Source: Eledone cirrhosa (Eukaryota). Taken from it: a DNA stretch of 64,000 nucleotides. Each line of letters begins with the position of its first letter. The stretch's first letter is position 1. The stretch is taken from the NCBI GenBank assembly GCA_964016885.1, contig OZ024740.1, positions 280,116,001-280,180,000 on the forward strand, given 5' to 3'. The position numbers and the translations under genes are program-made. Below, one piece after another: positions 63,311 to 64,000 of the stretch. The notes under the pieces were generated by a model. The model saw only the letters and a list, made by a program, of their open reading frames with translations. It was not told the DNA's origin and did no database searches.

Positions 63311-64000
63311 CAGCCCACACTGTAAAGTGGTTGTGATGGTGGCACGACAAAAGCACCCAGCCCACACTGTAAAGTGGTTGTGATGGTGGCACGACAAAAG
63401 CACCTAGCCCACACTGTAAAATGGTTGTGATGGTGGAACGACAAAAAGCACCCAGCCCACACTGTAAAATGGTTGTGATGGTGGCACGACAAAAAGCACT
63501 CAGCCCACACTGTAAAGTGGTTGTGATGGTGGCACGACAAAAAGCACTCAGCCCACACTGTAAAGTGGTTGTGATGGTGGCACGACAAAAGCACACAGCC
63601 CACACTGTAAAGTGGTTGTGATGGTGACACCACAAAAAGCACTCAGCCCACACTGTAAAGTGGTTGTGATGGTGGCACGACAAAAGCACCCAGCCCACAC
63701 TGTAAAGTGGTTGTGATGGTGACACCACAAAAAGCACTCAGCCCACACTGTAAAGTGGTTGTGATGGTGGCACGACAAAATCACACAGCCCACACTGTAA
63801 AGTGGTTGTGATGGTGACATAACAAAAGCACCCAGCCCACACTATAAAGTGGTTGTGATGGTGGCACGACAAAAGCACCCAGCCCACACTGTAAAGTGGT
63901 TGTGATGGTGACATAACAAAAGCACCCAGCCCACACTATAAAGTGGTTGTGATGGTGGCACCACAAAAGCACACAGCCCACACTGTAAAATGGTTGTGAT
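63311..64000 (+). repeat. 47-48-bp minisatellite derived from the RTE 3' UTR (~15 copies, runs off window)
   Basis: Unit cagcccacactgtaaagtggttgtgatggtggcacgacaaaagcacc; same motif occurs about twice in the RTE 3' UTRs at 18.1, 35.5, 36.5 and 53.5 kb. Confidence 0.95.

Noticed and set aside
63311-64000. Regular ~47-bp periodic array resembling CRISPR
   Set aside because: No unique spacers, no cas genes, eukaryotic context; it is a minisatellite

Overview
AT-rich, repeat-dominated eukaryotic DNA, very probably from an octopus or other coleoid cephalopod (inferred from the SINE/RTE repertoire, not confirmed). About 30 kb of the central region (10.3-52.0 kb) is interrupted (TA)n microsatellite with C-containing interruptions almost exclusively on the + strand. 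The arrays are punctuated by islands: young 5'-truncated CR1 and RTE LINEs, a half piggyBac, and six non-coding islands carrying eight type-I hammerhead-ribozyme (HHR) folds, probably Penelope-like pLTR/retrozyme sequences. The main discovery is an atypical large hammerhead family (9949-10084, 11578-11712, 12194-12328). It has a U3-A8 swapped core (UUGAGAA), an A10.1-A11.1 mismatch, a ~80-nt stem II hairpin and a bulged stem III, and is supported by compensatory changes between two diverged subfamilies. One subfamily is present as a 616-bp head-to-tail dimer, predicted to self-process to a unit-length, possibly circular, RNA. The flanks hold old RTE, CR1/Jockey-like and CRE-clade relics, Tc1/mariner and hAT elements, SINEs and a 47-bp RTE-derived minisatellite. 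There is a tentative minus-strand host gene: a first exon plus ETS/CRE promoter motif near 58 kb and a 25-nt micro-exon at 1.5 kb. All long YIYI-type ORFs are microsatellite artefacts. All structures were folded by eye and are untested.
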